Assembly (NCBI RefSeq): GCF_009914755.1
Contig: NC_060941.1
DNA: 64,000 bases
Direction: 5' to 3' (one strand)
Source of the DNA: the human T2T-CHM13v2.0 reference genome, Homo sapiens
The position numbers and the translations under genes were made by a program. A model generated the notes under the pieces. That model was not told where the DNA came from. It worked only from the letters and a program-made list of their open reading frames with translations, and did not search any database. This document shows positions 21,266 to 37,743 of this stretch, in pieces (positions within the stretch are counted from its first letter, which is position 1; every line of letters starts with the position of its first letter).

Positions 21266-23032
21266 GAAGAAGGGGTAGATGGCAGTGGCCAGGGTGGGGG
21301 TCCTGGGAATTCTGGTAGCTTCACCTTAATGTTTGTGATGCTGGGTGTACAGACAGCCTCCCACATGACCAAGGACACGCTCTTAGGTCCCTAAGACCCC
21401 AGAAGAATGGGCCGCTACTGCCAAGAAGTATGACATGCGTGTGGAAGACCATGAGCCTTACCCGGCTGGTGGCATGGGGTGTGGCAACTGCCGCAGCTCC
21501 CCGAACCATTGCAGTGGGAAAGGGGTACGTGCTGTGACTAAGACCACTGGACCCGACCCATCGCAGCGACAGGGGGTCCATGCTGTGTGACTGAGACCAC
21601 TGGACCCCACCCATCGCAGCGGGAGGGGGGTCCATGCTGTGTGACTGGGACCACTGGATCCCACCCATCGCAGCGACAGGGGGTCCATGCTGTGTGACTG
21701 AGACCACTGGACCCCACCCATCGCAGCGGGAGGGGGGTCCATGCTGTGTGACTGGGACCACTGGACCCCACCCATCGCAGCGGGAGGGGGGTCCATGCTG
21801 TGTGACTGGGACCACTGGATCCCACCCATCGCAGCGACAGGGGGTCCATGCTGTGTGACTGAGACCACTGGATCCCGCCCATCGCAGCGGGAGGGGGGTC
21901 CATGCTGTGTGACTGAGACCACTGGATCCCGCCCATCGCAGCGGGAGGGGGGTCCATGCTGTGTGACTGGGACCACTGGACCCGACCCATCGCAGCGGGA
22001 GGGGGGTCCATGCTGTGTGACTGGGACCACTGGATCCCACCCATCGCAGCGGGAGGGGGGTCCATGCTGTGTGACTGGGACCACTGGACCTGACCCATCG
22101 CAGCGGGAGGGGGGTCCATGCTGTGTGACTGGGACCACTGGACCCGACCCATCGCAGCGGGAGGGGGGTCCATGCTGTGTGACTGGGACCACTGGATCCC
22201 ACCCATCGCAGCGGGAGGGGCGTCCATGCTGTGTGACTGGGACCACTGGACCCGACCCATCGCAGCGGGAGGGGGGTCCATGCTGTGTGACTGGGACCAC
22301 TGGACCCGACCCATCGCAGCGGGAGGGGGGTCCATGCTGTGTGACTGGGACCACTGGATCCCACCCATCGCAGCGGGAGGGGGGTCCATGATGTGTGACT
22401 GGGACCACTGGATCCCGTCCATCGCAGCGGGAGGGGGGTCCATGCTGTGTGACTGGGACCACTGGATCCCGTCCATCGCAGCGGGAGGGGGGTCCATGCT
22501 GTGTGACTGGGACCACTGGATCCCGCCCATCGCAGCGGGAGGGGGGTCCATGCTGTGTGACTGGGACCACTGGACCCGACCCATCGCAGCGGGAGGGGGG
22601 TCCATGCTGTGTGACTGGGACCACTGGACCCGACCCATCGCAGTGGGAGGGGGTCCATGCTGTGACTGGGACCACCTGGCCTGAGGTTGGACTGGTGAAA
22701 TGACAATGTTGGCACCTACATGTGTGTCAGGATCCATGTGGATATGTCCCGCACACCTGCTTCTTGGAATATTGTGTAAGCAGCTCTTCAGCTTCACGGC
22801 CTTCATGATCGTGTTCTGGGTGGGGAAGAATTAACCAGCCTACCAGCCCGTGGGGCCAAAGCAGTGTCCTTATAATCATCTGCACCTGGAACCAGGTGGC
22901 GATCCCACCGTAGAACCTGTGGCTCACAGGATCTGAGGTGGCTTCGAGGGCTTCTCTGCCCTCTAGGATTCCCTCATCCTTAGAAATTTAACCTTAATGA
23001 AATCCCTAATAAAACTCAGTGCTGTGGGGGAA
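21266..23032 (+). pseudogene. NDUFB8 processed pseudogene, interrupted by an internal VNTR
   Basis: ATG 21279 (MAVAR.GVLG); [42 protein letters not shown] and [22 protein letters not shown] match recalled NDUFB8; intronless, frameshifted; TGA 22934-22936; AATAAA 23008; candidate AAACAT TSD at 21260 and 23033. Confidence 0.92.
21542..22675 (+). repeat. 53/54-bp GC-rich minisatellite, about 21 copies
   Basis: unit GACCACTGGACCCGACCCATCGCAGCGGGAGGGGGGTCCATGCTGTGTGACTGG with variant repeats. Confidence 0.97.
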
Positions 23033-24681
23033 AAACATCTCAGGTCAGGGGAGCAAATGGGAGGTCTAACAGGATGTGACCAGAGCTGGTTGTCTCCAAT
23101 GGCTCTGCCCCGAGTGTGGTGCCTCTGCAGGGGAGGCCGTTAGCCCTGCCCCGAGTGTGGGTGCTGCTTTGGGAGGGGAGGCAAATTTGATCTCTGTCCG
23201 GTCTCTTAACGGGCTTCTAGGGGTCTCCTGCAGCTCTCGTCAGCCTGGCCTGGGAGCCTCCCCTCCTCTGCCGTCCCCACCCCATGCTGTTGGGTCAGCA
23301 GGATATCCCAGCCTTGGGGCTGGAGCCAGCTGTGGCTGCCCAGGGACTTGCAGGCAGGTGAGGCGTGCCACCTTCTGGCCAGGCTGGCTGTGGGAGAGGC
23401 AGCCTCCTGGTGAGGGGCTGTGGGCCACTGCGTTCAGGCTGCCTTGGAGGGCTCCACGGTGTCCCCTGGGTGCAGGGCTCCGAGTCCTTCTCGGCTTGGG
23501 AGGGTCTTGTGGCCACATGTGTCTAGTTCTGCAGTTTCTTTGTTGTGGGTTCGGTTCTTTACTTTTTTTTTTTTTTTTTTGATGATCTTGTTGGTTTTCT
23601 CTAGATTGTTCCCAAGTTTTCTGTTCTTCCATCCCAAGTGGGAGACACGTGTTGCACAGCCTGCATTTGGAATACCCAGAGGGTGGGTGGGCGGGACGGC
23701 TCGCTGCCCCATTCCCCTCCTAGCTGCTGGGACAGGTGGGAATTCCTGTAGCAAAGTCAAACCAGCCAGGAGTGGGGAAGTGCTTTTTATTTTGACATCT
23801 CCAAGTTCCACGTTGAGGTGGAGAGACATTCGTTTTTCCCCTTCCTCCCGAGGTGTAAAACGGTCTTCTCAAAGGCTTAGGAGAGCCGAGCCCTGTGCCA
23901 CCCCCCGGCATATGCTGGCAAAGAGTGAGGCGTGCTGTCCTGCCGTTTAGGGCAGAGCACCCAGGCGGTTTGGCAGCAGCACCTCAGAACTATTCAGAGA
24001 TTTGCCCTCAGCAAGAGTGAGCAATTGTCTGACGCAGCCGGCTGAAATCCCTGGGAAGGGAATGAATGAAACTGCCGTGAAGCAACGCCTGGCGGGGCCG
24101 GGCTTCTGGCAGCTCCTGGGGCCAGCACGTCCCTTCCAGAGCGTCTGAAGCCCTGGGCGGCTGCTGGAGCATCTCGAGTCTTTCCAGAGTCATGTGTGTT
24201 GTTTCCTTCTGTCTCTTGGAAGGGTCCGTTTGGTCTGATCCAGGTTGCCTCAGCAGGAGGAAGTCGTGCTGGGTGCTGAGCGGGTGGGAGGTTTCACCTT
24301 GGGCTTGGCAGAGCTGCAGGCAGAGGCCGGGCGCCTGCTGTACATGATGAAACTTGCAGGTGGATTCTGCTTAGGGTTTCATCTGTTTCCTTTGATGCAC
24401 TTGGCTTCATTGTCATCCACCTGTTCATTACTGTGGGCGAAACAGGTGAACTCTCAACAAGTACCATCGAAACCAGGATTTGATCTTCATTTCCCTCGAA
24501 GCGTAGTTCCCTTGCAGTGAGGGTTTTTAACTCCTGTGGGAGGGAAGCAAGTGTTTGGCAATGTAATTTCCCTGGAAGGCCCCTGTACTTCAGCTTTAAA
24601 AACACGCTTTGGTTTAGTCCCAATTTAAGCATTAAGATTAATGCAAATTGAGGAAATTCAAGGAAGGAGAAAAACACATTA

Positions 24682-25012
<331 letters not shown>

Positions 25013-27831
25013 TCATGTGTGACTCTGCTTGCTGATTGATAGTTGTGCTCTCTTGGTTTCTAGTGCTCTGATTGGAAGATTGTCGACTGTGTGGAGTGGG
25101 TTTCTCCCTGTGTGTTCTCACAATGGCTGGGAGGCGGCGGCGGGGCTGGGGGACTCGGACTGCGAGACGGGGCTGTTGACTATGAAAGTGGTAATAGGAT
25201 GCTCTTCCCCTTATCGGCTGTTAGGCTCGAGTCTCCCCTTTGCAGTGCGGTTTCTTTTTATTTTTATCATTGACAAAAGCACAACTCTTGTTAAAGGATA
25301 AAATAGTCACACACAACAGCATTAAAAACCAAGAAAGCCAAAGAACGCTGGCACTGTCAGCCTCACTCCCAGCTCCCGCTCGGCCCTTGTGAAGAGAGGT
25401 GCTGAAGCCACTCTGCTTTTTTATAGTTAATAAAAGCAGCCAGGTCCCCAAGTAGGAGTGGTTGTGGCCAAGAGTGTGTGGGCCGGGAACCAGGGCTTGA
25501 GCTGCTGTGAGCTGTGCCCAGGCCCTTTGCTGACTCCGTCTCTCCTGTGACCTGAGGCCAGGGTGAGCACCAGCGCCCGCCCCACCTGGGAGGGAAGCAG
25601 CAGACCTCTCACCGCAGAGGCTGGTGTGAGGCTAATTAGCACAGTCAGTCTTTGAAGATGAAAGAAGACAGCTGATTATCTAAAACATTTCACATTTAGG
25701 CTTTGATTTCTCTTCAGATTTGGGGAACAGCACCCTACTGTTTCATTTAGGGTTCAGTGTGGCCAGAGGAAGATGACCCACGTGGTCCTTTTTAGTTGTA
25801 GTGCTCTCTTGGGGCAAGGTTTTGGATGGAGAAAATAGGACAAGAGCAGTTTGAATGTGGGTACTTTCCAGAGATCATGCTCCTGTAGCATTTGGGTGAA
25901 ACGAGGTACCCCAGGCCACGCTGGTTCGGTCTCCTCGTGGCGTTAAGGAAAGACCTGGAGCAGCCAGCTCCTAACACTCATTTCCCATCACTCAGCATTT
26001 TATGTGGGGCGGGCACAGTGCCGTGAGTCTTACAGAAACCTGCATGGTGAGCCGCACGCCTTTGAGTCCCCATCAGCCCTGGCCCATCCCTGCTGAGGTG
26101 GCGCGACCTGCTCACAGACGTGTGCTCACAGGCAGCCCGTCGCGGGGTCATGTGCTAGACGGGGAGGGGGCTTGGCGGGTCACCAGCCTCACCCCGCTCA
26201 GTTCTTAGATGAGGAAGAGACAGGCAGAGAGCTGGGCTGGGCTGCTGCTGAGTGGGCTAGAGCTGGGTCTCAGTGGCCCCTGCCCCAGTCGTCCTGACCT
26301 GTGGCCCCTGTGCAGGTTGGGGTGCCCCTGCCCTCTCCCCTGCCCCGCCCTCACCTGGCTCACAGACCCGTGATGCCTCACTGCCCACGCAGTCACCTTA
26401 GAGGCACCTTCCCTCTAAGGCAGATGTCCCTCAGGCTTTGGTCCTGGCTGTTGATATCTCAGCTCTGATTCACCCTTGACCTTTATTACCTGATTTCTGT
26501 CCTTGGTTCTCGAGCCCTCCTTCTGTGGACCCGTTGGGTACACGTGTGACACTTCAGAACCCGCAAGTCCCAGGTCACACCTGTTGTACCATCACTTTCC
26601 CCTCCTGGCCTGTTTACCCGGGAGCCCAGCAACAAATGGGAGCTTCTGTGCTGCTGTCCGTGCATACGGCCCAGGAGCCGGGCTCATCCCCGAGACGCCG
26701 TGTTCCCTCCCGCTGTCCGCTCACACCTGCCTGTGTGGACGTGGCTCTGACATGTCTCCTTCCTGGTTCATTGCTCATCTGTTCTCATGTGGCTGCGCCG
26801 CCACCCTGTCCTGGGGGTCCTTGTCCCAGCACGTGGCTCTGTGCTTCACGTCATCCTGAGTCTGTCCCGCTCTGCCGCCTGGTCCAGGTGGGAGCCATTT
26901 CCTTCTGTGAAGTGTTCCCTCTGGAGGCCCTGGGCTCCCCGACTACCCTCCCGCCTCTCCTGTGGCTGTCGGGTGCAGTAAAGGTGCTGGTGGAGGGTGT
27001 GAGCCATCCATTCATAGAGTGCCAGACTCTGTCCCATGCTGCCTCTGTGCCCTTGATCCTGGCAGCACACCTGCTGTCCTGTGGCCTGCGTAAAGGGTGG
27101 CCTCGGAAGCCTGTGGCCTGGGTAAAGCGTGGCCTCGGAAGCTTGTGGCCTGGGTAGTGGGTGGCCTCATCTTGGCCTCGGAAGCAGGAGGGCTCAGGCT
27201 GTGGCCCACGCCTGGGGTTCCCCATCCCCCCGTGTGTCCTGGTGTCTTTGCTTGGCTCGCCGGCCTCCATGGGCTCCCCAGGTGGCAGGTGGCTCTCAGC
27301 CATGCTCTCCGTCCTCATGCTTGTTTCTGCCCTGGCAGAGCTGCTCAGTGGCCAGCCCGTGGGACCCCTGTGCACCCTGCCGCCCCCAGCATATGTCAGC
27401 AGCGCCGTCCGGGGGAGATGTGGCATCAGCACAGCCTTGTCCTTGTCTCTGCCCGTTCTTCCTTCCTTGCCTCTATGTGTCTGCTTTTTTCTCTTCCACA
27501 TGGTGTCCACAGTGGATAACCACATCCACTGGCCTCCTGGTTGGTGGATCCTCCTCCTGCTGGGCTCAGAGCTGTGCCACCCCCACCTGCACTGCAGAGA
27601 AGCTCAGACCCCTCTCTGACCTCAGACGCTGGAGCCTGAGCCCCCTGCTTCCCAGGCCAATGCCCCTTCAGGTCCCTGCAAAGCCACTGCTCTTTGTGGT
27701 CTCCCTGCCGCCGTTGCCCTCCCTTTGCCGCTGAGCCCGTGGGCTGCTTGGTGGCTTGGGAGCTGCATACAATTCTATTTTGTCTGGTTTGTTTTCAGGC
27801 TTTCTGTGGCAGGAATTGTGTCTCTTGCATC

Positions 27832-28130
27832 TTTTTTTTTTTTTTTTTTTTAGACGGAGTCTCGCTCTGTTGCCCTGGCTGGAGTGCAGTGGCGCGATCT
27901 CGGCTCACTGCAAGCTCCGCCTCCCGGGTTCACGCCATTCTCCTGGCTCAGCCTCCTGAGTAGCTGGGACTACAGGCACCCTCCACCACGCCTGGCTAAT
28001 TTTTTTGTATTTTAGTAGAGATGGGGTTTCACCGTGTTAGCCAGGATGGTCTCGATCTCCTGACCTCGTGATCTGCCTGCCTCGGCCTCCCAAAGTGCTG
28101 GGATTACAGGCGTGAACCACTGTGCCCGGC
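27832..28130 (-). mobile_element. AluY-like element
   Basis: poly-T, gcaagctccgcctcccgggttcacgccattc. Confidence 0.93.
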
Positions 28131-28486
28131 CATGGATCATTAACCTCTTTTCTAGCATCTTACCTCTGTGGTGGTTCACTTTTGCGAGCTTTTGCTGGGC
28201 CTTGGAAGGTGCGTGGGCTCGCTGCTCCTCTCTTCTGTGGGAACTGTTGCCTTTGGGCAGGGGGCACACCCCAGAGGTGGTCACACACACCTGAACGGGA
28301 GCACAGTCATAAGTCCCTGTCATGCAAAGATGGGCTGTGCAGAATGAGCTCGGAATAGCAGCCAGAAGGCTCAGTGATGGGGGAGTTGTTTAAGCTGGAA
28401 TACTGTAATGCTGCTGGCTGTTTATGGCTGTGAGGTCACTACGTGGGCTGCTGAGAACATTTTAAAATGCTGAGTGAGTCATGAAA

Positions 28487-29209
<723 letters not shown>

Positions 29210-29535
29210 TAGTGCGATACACTGTCATGAACAGATTGATAAATTAGGTGAAGGATGATGCCTGTGAATGACAGACGTAGGAAGCCACAATCATTTTGTG
29301 TTTTCCACACTCTCTTTGAGAGCTGTGTTGCCTTGGTTTATGGATGAGGACATGGACCCAGGTCAGGGGCTGCCAGGTCGGTGCTGGGGTGTGGAGCTGG
29401 GCCTTGCATGGCCCCCACCTGTGAAGGTAATTAGTGTTTACCTTACAGTCCAAAGTTTGGTGAAAAATAACACTTCGTTCTGGAAAGATAAAAGCTAGAT
29501 GTGATTATTTCGATCATTGAAGCATTTTTGTGTGA

Positions 29536-29803
<268 letters not shown>

Positions 29804-31966
29804 GAAATTAGTTTTCATTTTGATATTTGTTTTCTTAAAATTCTTTATAATTTGTCAGAAATTTATTTTGTCAGAAACAGTATATTTTTTCACTCTGGGG
29901 CTCTGATTCTAATCAGTCATTTACCAATCCAGCAATGAAAGTTTTCACTTCCGTCAATGGCTTTTTTCCTCTGAATGTGTGGTGGTCCTGAGGGGAGTGC
30001 ATTTTGCTCGCTCCTGGGGGAGGCAGTGGTCTGGCCTGTCCCCACCAGTGCCCCCTAGGCCCCGCCTTGAGGACAAGCTCTCTTCTGTTTCTGAGCGCTC
30101 TCCCGTCCTGTCTAGGGCAACTGCTGCTCTTTCTAGGGGTGGTAGTGGGGCTCTTTAAGATGTCCCTCGCTTTGATTTTTGCAGGCCAGCAAATGCACTG
30201 GACGTTGTGGTTTTTCTGGCCTCCAGTAGTGGTGTGGTGGGAAGGTTCTTTTCCTGCCCTGCTGCTGAGGGGAGCCTCGAGCGTACCAGAGTTCCTCAGT
30301 GAAGCCTTTGCACGTCCTGCAGGGTGCAGCCCAGCATGGGTTTCACTGCCCTCCAGGAAAGGCCTGGCCCTGGTGGGCTCGCTGCAGCACAGGCACGGAC
30401 CTGGGGCTGTGCTCTCAAGGCATTCCAGCCTGGAAAGGGTTGTTTTGGTGTTAAAGATCCTCTTCCGTGCCTGTCCTGTGGCCCCTCTGTGTGGCATGCC
30501 CAAGAGTGGCTTTGAACATGGCTGCCCTCCGTGTGCTGAGCCTGCGGGGGCACGGCTACCCTCCGTGTGCTGAGCCTGCGGGGGCACGGATGCGATTGGT
30601 TGCTTCCCAAGATACCATTTCTTGGTGTCGGAGCAGGACTCGGGATGGCAGAAAGGGGAACAGACTCGCTCTCCTCATCTGCAGAGTCGGCATGGTTATG
30701 TGGGGCCACAGGGTGACCCGCTGGCCTGGAGCTAGCGTGGTCTCAGCCATCTGCCTCAGTGCCGGCCGGCACTCACAGCTTCTCAGAAGCCTGTGTTACC
30801 AGCCAGAGCCAAGCCTGAACTGGTGTGGTGTGGGGGCCCTTCTCCCAGGGCCTCGGGTGGAGTTGCTTTTCTTGGCCTAGATTTGGCAGTGCCTGAAGGG
30901 AGCCTCAAACCAGCATCTCCTGCTTGGCAGCGGGTGAGCTTGCTCCCGAGTAGCTCGACAGCCTGTGATTTACTGGGCTTGGAGAACATGCCCCAGGGGG
31001 GGGAAGCTGGCTCGCACGTTGCAGAGAAGCCAGCTTGGGTGGGTAGCCATCGAAAGGTGGGGCGGGTTAGGATGATTGCTGAGAAACTCCTTTTGTTTGC
31101 AGCTTGTGCTGTGCTGGTTTCTAGAACAACAAAAACAGACCTGCAGTCATTCCTCATTTACCATGCAGGGCTGTTTTCCTCTAATCCCTGGTGTCATCAC
31201 CTCTGTCTAGTGTATGCTTTTCAGCAGGTGGTTTTAATTTGGTTCCCATTATGCTTCCATGAAAGTGGGCTGTGCCCCCCATTTTATGGCCTAGCTTATG
31301 AGCACTCAAGACCATTGATGACTAGAGTGCGCTCTCTCTGGCCGCGTCCTCCTGCTGACAGGTACCCCATCCCACCGCCACGCTGAGCACTGGCCACTGC
31401 ACACTGCACACTTTCTCTGGTGAAGATGGCCTTACTTTTCAGTGAAATAAATGGAAACAAAGCCCTGTCTTCATTGACTCGTTCCTTCCCTGTCGTCTCT
31501 TTTGCCCTCCTGCACCCATGCCTGGGAAAGTGGATAACTTTTGGGGCTTTTCTCTGTGTGTGCTGAATGCCCAGGAGGCTGCCTGTGTAATTCAGCTGGA
31601 AACTGTCCCCAGGGTAGAGAGAAGTGTGAGGAGAAAAAGACCCTTCGCCCTGTAAATGTGTGGGGTTCTGGTTTCTCCCTTACTGCAGATGGTGGCGGGC
31701 CCTGGCCTTGGTGCTGTCTCCTGTGTGTAGCTGGGGACGGTGGAAGCTGGGCTGGGCCTTTCCAGGTGTGGGGCATCCAGGCCAGTTACAAGAGATGATG
31801 CTTGCTTTCCCGAGAACTCATCACCACTTGTATCTTAGTCTGCTGTAGAGAATGTTGTACTACACTTCATAGGAATTGAGTAACTAAACAACGTTCATGT
31901 GTGAGGGCACTCTAGGAATTTCACAGTGTCTTGGATTCTTTTTATTTAGTGAGAGAAACCAGACGA

Positions 31967-32122
31967 CGTGTTAGCCCGTTGCCAAGTAAGACTGGGGGAC
32001 ACGTCAGCCTGTTGCCGAGAGAGACCAGGGGACATGTTAGCCCGTTGCTGAGAGAGACCGGGGGACACGATAGCCTGTTGCTGAGAGAGACCGGGGAACA
32101 CGGTAGCCTGTTGCTGAGAGAG
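31967..32122 (+). repeat. 33-bp tandem repeat, about 4.5 copies
   Basis: agcctgttgctgagagagaccgggggacacgat-type units. Confidence 0.9.
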
Positions 32123-34496
32123 GTCATTTCCCGGATCTTTGTCCTGCGTCCGCCCACAGCTGCACAGCTGCTCTTCTGGTTTAGGTTCTGGCCTTTCCCA
32201 CTGGGGTTTTCCAGCAGCCTCTGTAGCGGTCTTCGTTGTTGAGCACTTCACTGTTCATCCCCAGGTTCTCCATCCAGCTGCTGTTGGAATCTGGTCATGT
32301 GGCCATGGCTGCAGGTGATACGGTGGTGCTCTTTGCCTGTAGGATGAGATTTCAGCCGCTCGCAGGTTCATTTGTTGTGGAACAACGTACTCCACAGCTG
32401 GTGGCATCAGTGACAGCCGCACTCTTGCGTGGATCGATTCTGTGGCCTCGCAGGGTGGGGTGCAGGGGGCCGTTTGTTACTGCCCTTTGATGCCTGGGCC
32501 TCTGCCGAGAAGACCACGTGGCAGGTGCCTTGAAGGGCTGGGTGCGGCAGGGGCCCTTGACTGAAGCTGGCTCTTCCTGCATGGCAGCCGGCTTCCCGGA
32601 GGGAGTGTCTCAAGGGGAGGTGTCTGGAGAGGCCCTGAAAGAGGCCGCCAGGCTTCTGACCTGGGATTGGGGGTCACTGGCATCACTCCTGCCTGCCTCT
32701 GTTGGTTGTGGCAGTTGGAAGCCTACCAAGGTGGTGGGTGAGGGACCCTTGATTGTCCGTCTGGCAAACTCTGTTCCCCACTGAGCTGGCCAGCCGGCTG
32801 CAGTGACAGCTTCTCTGTGAAGTGTCTTGTCTTCTTATCCCCCAGGCGCGGTCCGGCTTCTCGTTGCACACTGGTGGGCTTCAGGCCGTCAGCCCACCTC
32901 CCAGGGAATTTGAGTGTGTGCTTGGCCCTGCGACTGCCCCCGAACCCCGCGTCCCGTTGCGGGGAGCTCGCCTGTGCCCCACGGTTTCTGCTCAGCAAGT
33001 GTTGGCTCTGTAAACCGATGACTTAGGGTTAAAACACATATTAAATTAGATACATCTGGACTGGTGTGAAATAATTTAACTTTCGATTTTATATTTCACA
33101 CAAACTAAAGATGGGGAAGAGTTCTTAAAGTTAAATGAGAACTTGTTTTGGGCAAACAAGGATCATCTCCATTCACTTGGTAGGGAACGTGTTACTATCC
33201 ATTTCGCTAAAGAGAAAGGGGCTAAGTCTCTGATCACCTTGGTGAATGTGTTATTCTGAGTGGCTCAGGGAGGTGGGTGCTGCCACTGCCCCATTTTACA
33301 GACAGAGGAACAGGAGCGCAGAGACCCTGCTCTGCTCCACAGGCGTGACTGGTGGTCTGTCTGGCTGTCTCCTTCCCGTTTTGATCGTAGGTGTGGGATC
33401 TGCACCACAGGTGTGACTGGTGGTCTGTGTGCCTTTGCTGCTTCTCCACTCAGCGCTTAGGAGAGCCCCCCAGCGGGCTCCATGGAGAGAGTCTAAGTTC
33501 CCTCTCCTTTTAAGAAGATGTTTCTATTCTACACTTAAGTAAGAGATCAGGCAGTTTACAGGGTTCATAATGCAAATAAAAGACACCAGTATTTAGTGAA
33601 AGCCTCTTCACCTTGTCTGAGCATCTCCTGATGGGCGGCACCTGCTTCTTCATTTTTCCGTGTGGTGGGCGACAGCAGGACAGGGGTGGCGTGGTGTGCG
33701 GTGCAGATAGTCTGAGACAGATGCAGTTCTCACCTTGACTGTGAAATTCTGTTTTCTGAAGGAAAGGAAATTCATTCGCGTTTTCTTAGAAGGGCTCAGT
33801 TCTAGGATTCTTCGATTATGAGGCTTGGATATTTATGTGAATCATCGCATTTGTCCTCCAGACTTTAAAGCAGAAGGTAAAACCTCAGGTTGAGAATTCA
33901 GGAGGGCTAGAACCAGTGTTTGAGAGAAAATCTGATATTCCTGTTTGGTCTGATGGACTCCAGGTGATGACGTCCGTGTGTGCGCATCGTGGGGACCGGG
34001 CTGCCAGGTGTGTGTGTGAGACACGGGCTGAGCTGGTCACCCTTCTCATTTGTTGGTGAAGCATGAATGCAGATGGAGGCCTTTGTGTGAGGTGGTTTGG
34101 CCTGTAACTTTTATCCTTTGTAACTTTATTTATACGCAGATAATTTTTAAAAACCTACTGAGATATCTTCTTTTTCCAGGCTAGTAGTGCCCTGAACTTA
34201 AACCTGGGCACGTTTTGTGATGCCATTGATGAGGGAGGGGTGGAGAGGCTGCAGTCTCCATGAGGGGACTGGACTTATCATTGCATCCCTATTTTCAGAT
34301 GAATTTTTGGGAGATGATTTCACTAGTCTCTTATAATTACTTTATCATGTACAGAAACTGTTTTCTTTATTATTAGGTGGTGAGTGTTTAGAATAAAAAT
34401 TCTGAAAGATGTGATGAATTGTTTTCACAATTTGTGTGTATGTTTTAAACTTCTATTTGTATTTGTAACATTAAAAATCTTTTTTTTTTTTTTTAG

Positions 34497-34542
34497 GCAC
34501 AAATATTTAAACATGGAAAACGTGAAGACTGTTTGCCCTATG
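34497..34542 (+). CDS. TBCD: TBCD coding exon (exon 8), 46 nt
   Basis: T15-ag acceptor, ATG|gtaagg donor; [15 protein letters not shown]; phase 0-1. Confidence 0.95.
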
Positions 34543-34699
34543 GTAAGGTTTATTTTTAAGAGACGATATCTTTGTGATGTGAGTTTGCTCATATACAATC
34601 AAGTGTCTTTCCTTAACATTTTAGTCATAGATATAGGAACTGTACATTGGTATGTTTGGACACTATCGTTCTTTTTTTTGTTGTGGGTTTTAGTAACTG

Positions 34700-36213
<1,514 letters not shown>

Positions 36214-37590
36214 CTATCCGAATATCAAATTTGAATAACTTTCTTTTTTTGAAAGTTTTTCATTATGGAAAATTTGAAACATGTATAAAGAAGAGAGAAT
36301 GGCGTGCACGCCCCGTGTCTCTCTCAGGAGTGTGCGAGTTTTCGTGTGCAGCCTGTTTCATCCCTGCACCGCACAGGAGGGACACACAGTGCCATCTCAC
36401 CTGTGTGTACTTCCATACATGTCTCTGGAAGGTGGGGCTCTTTATGTCCTCACCACACCCGAGAACGCGAGCAGCCGTTGCCAGGCCCTGTCGGCGGGAG
36501 GAGCGTCCTTGGTGACGTGAACACAGACCTCCCTCTTGGGCTGTCGTGCTTGTCACCCACGCTCATTGTGCCCACTGTCAGAGCCTTCTGAGAAGTTACT
36601 CAGATGCTCTTTCAGCTGACCTGGTTTTATAGGCAAGCATTATGAGTTAAACGGCACCTCTGCCCGAGGTCACGGCACCCACATAAAACTGGTGAACGTT
36701 CACTTTCTGTCATTTCCCAGCCTCAAGGCAGAGCTTCCTGCAGGGCACTGCAGCTCCAGCCCCCATCCCCCTGCTCTGTCCCCGCCCCACTGCCCCTTCC
36801 TCCATCTCCTTGTCTTCCATCACCTCACCTAACTCTCAGCTCTGTCTTCAGCTTCTCTTCTTTTCTCCTGTCCCCTGTCAGTTGGTTGCAGTCTTGTCCA
36901 TTTCACTTCCAGCCCATCTCTGAAGCCGCCATGCACTTCCACCCCAGCCCTTGTCTGTCCCGGGAATGCTGTCCTCCTGGCCTCAGCTTGCCCTCGTCGC
37001 AGCACCCGGGCGTCTCCTGCTCGCAGGCTCTCCCTGTCGTGCTGTGCCCAGTGCTACCTTGAGCCTCCCCTTGGCTCAGCCTCCTGTCCTGCTATTGTCA
37101 TCACTGCATGACACCGAGTGATTCCCCCTGAAAAACAGAGCAAGCCACAGGAACCCCGTGGCCTGTGTGTTCTCCCCAGCCGCAGTGTGCTCCATGGCTT
37201 CTGGGGTTGCTGCAGTGTGCCCTGTGGCCTGTGTGTTCTCCCCGGCCACAGCATGCCCGTGGCCTGCGTGGTCTCTGTGGCCGCAGGATGCCCGTGGCCT
37301 GTGGGGTCTCCGTGGCTGCAGTGTGCCTGTGGTCGGTTGGGCCTTTGTGTGTGCTGCCCCCCTTCAGATTGGCTCCCTGCCCTCTGAGTACTTGCTCTCC
37401 TGACCTCCACTGATGTTGCTTCACAGCAAGGAAGTCGAGTAGGTTCAACTCCAGCAGCTCTTGGTTCATGATTTGGGATGATGGGGGTCTTGGTGATGTC
37501 TCCTGCCTCAAGGCCCCTGTGGAGCCGGCTGTTGGTTTCGGGGACACAGGTGGTGCAGTCAGAAGATGCCTGCAGCCCTTCCTGCGCTGA

Positions 37591-37743
<153 letters not shown>

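Noticed and set aside
21321-22806. 405-464 aa minus-strand ORFs
   Set aside because: Produced by a stop-poor 54-nt repeat open in several frames; no promoter, splice or homology support.
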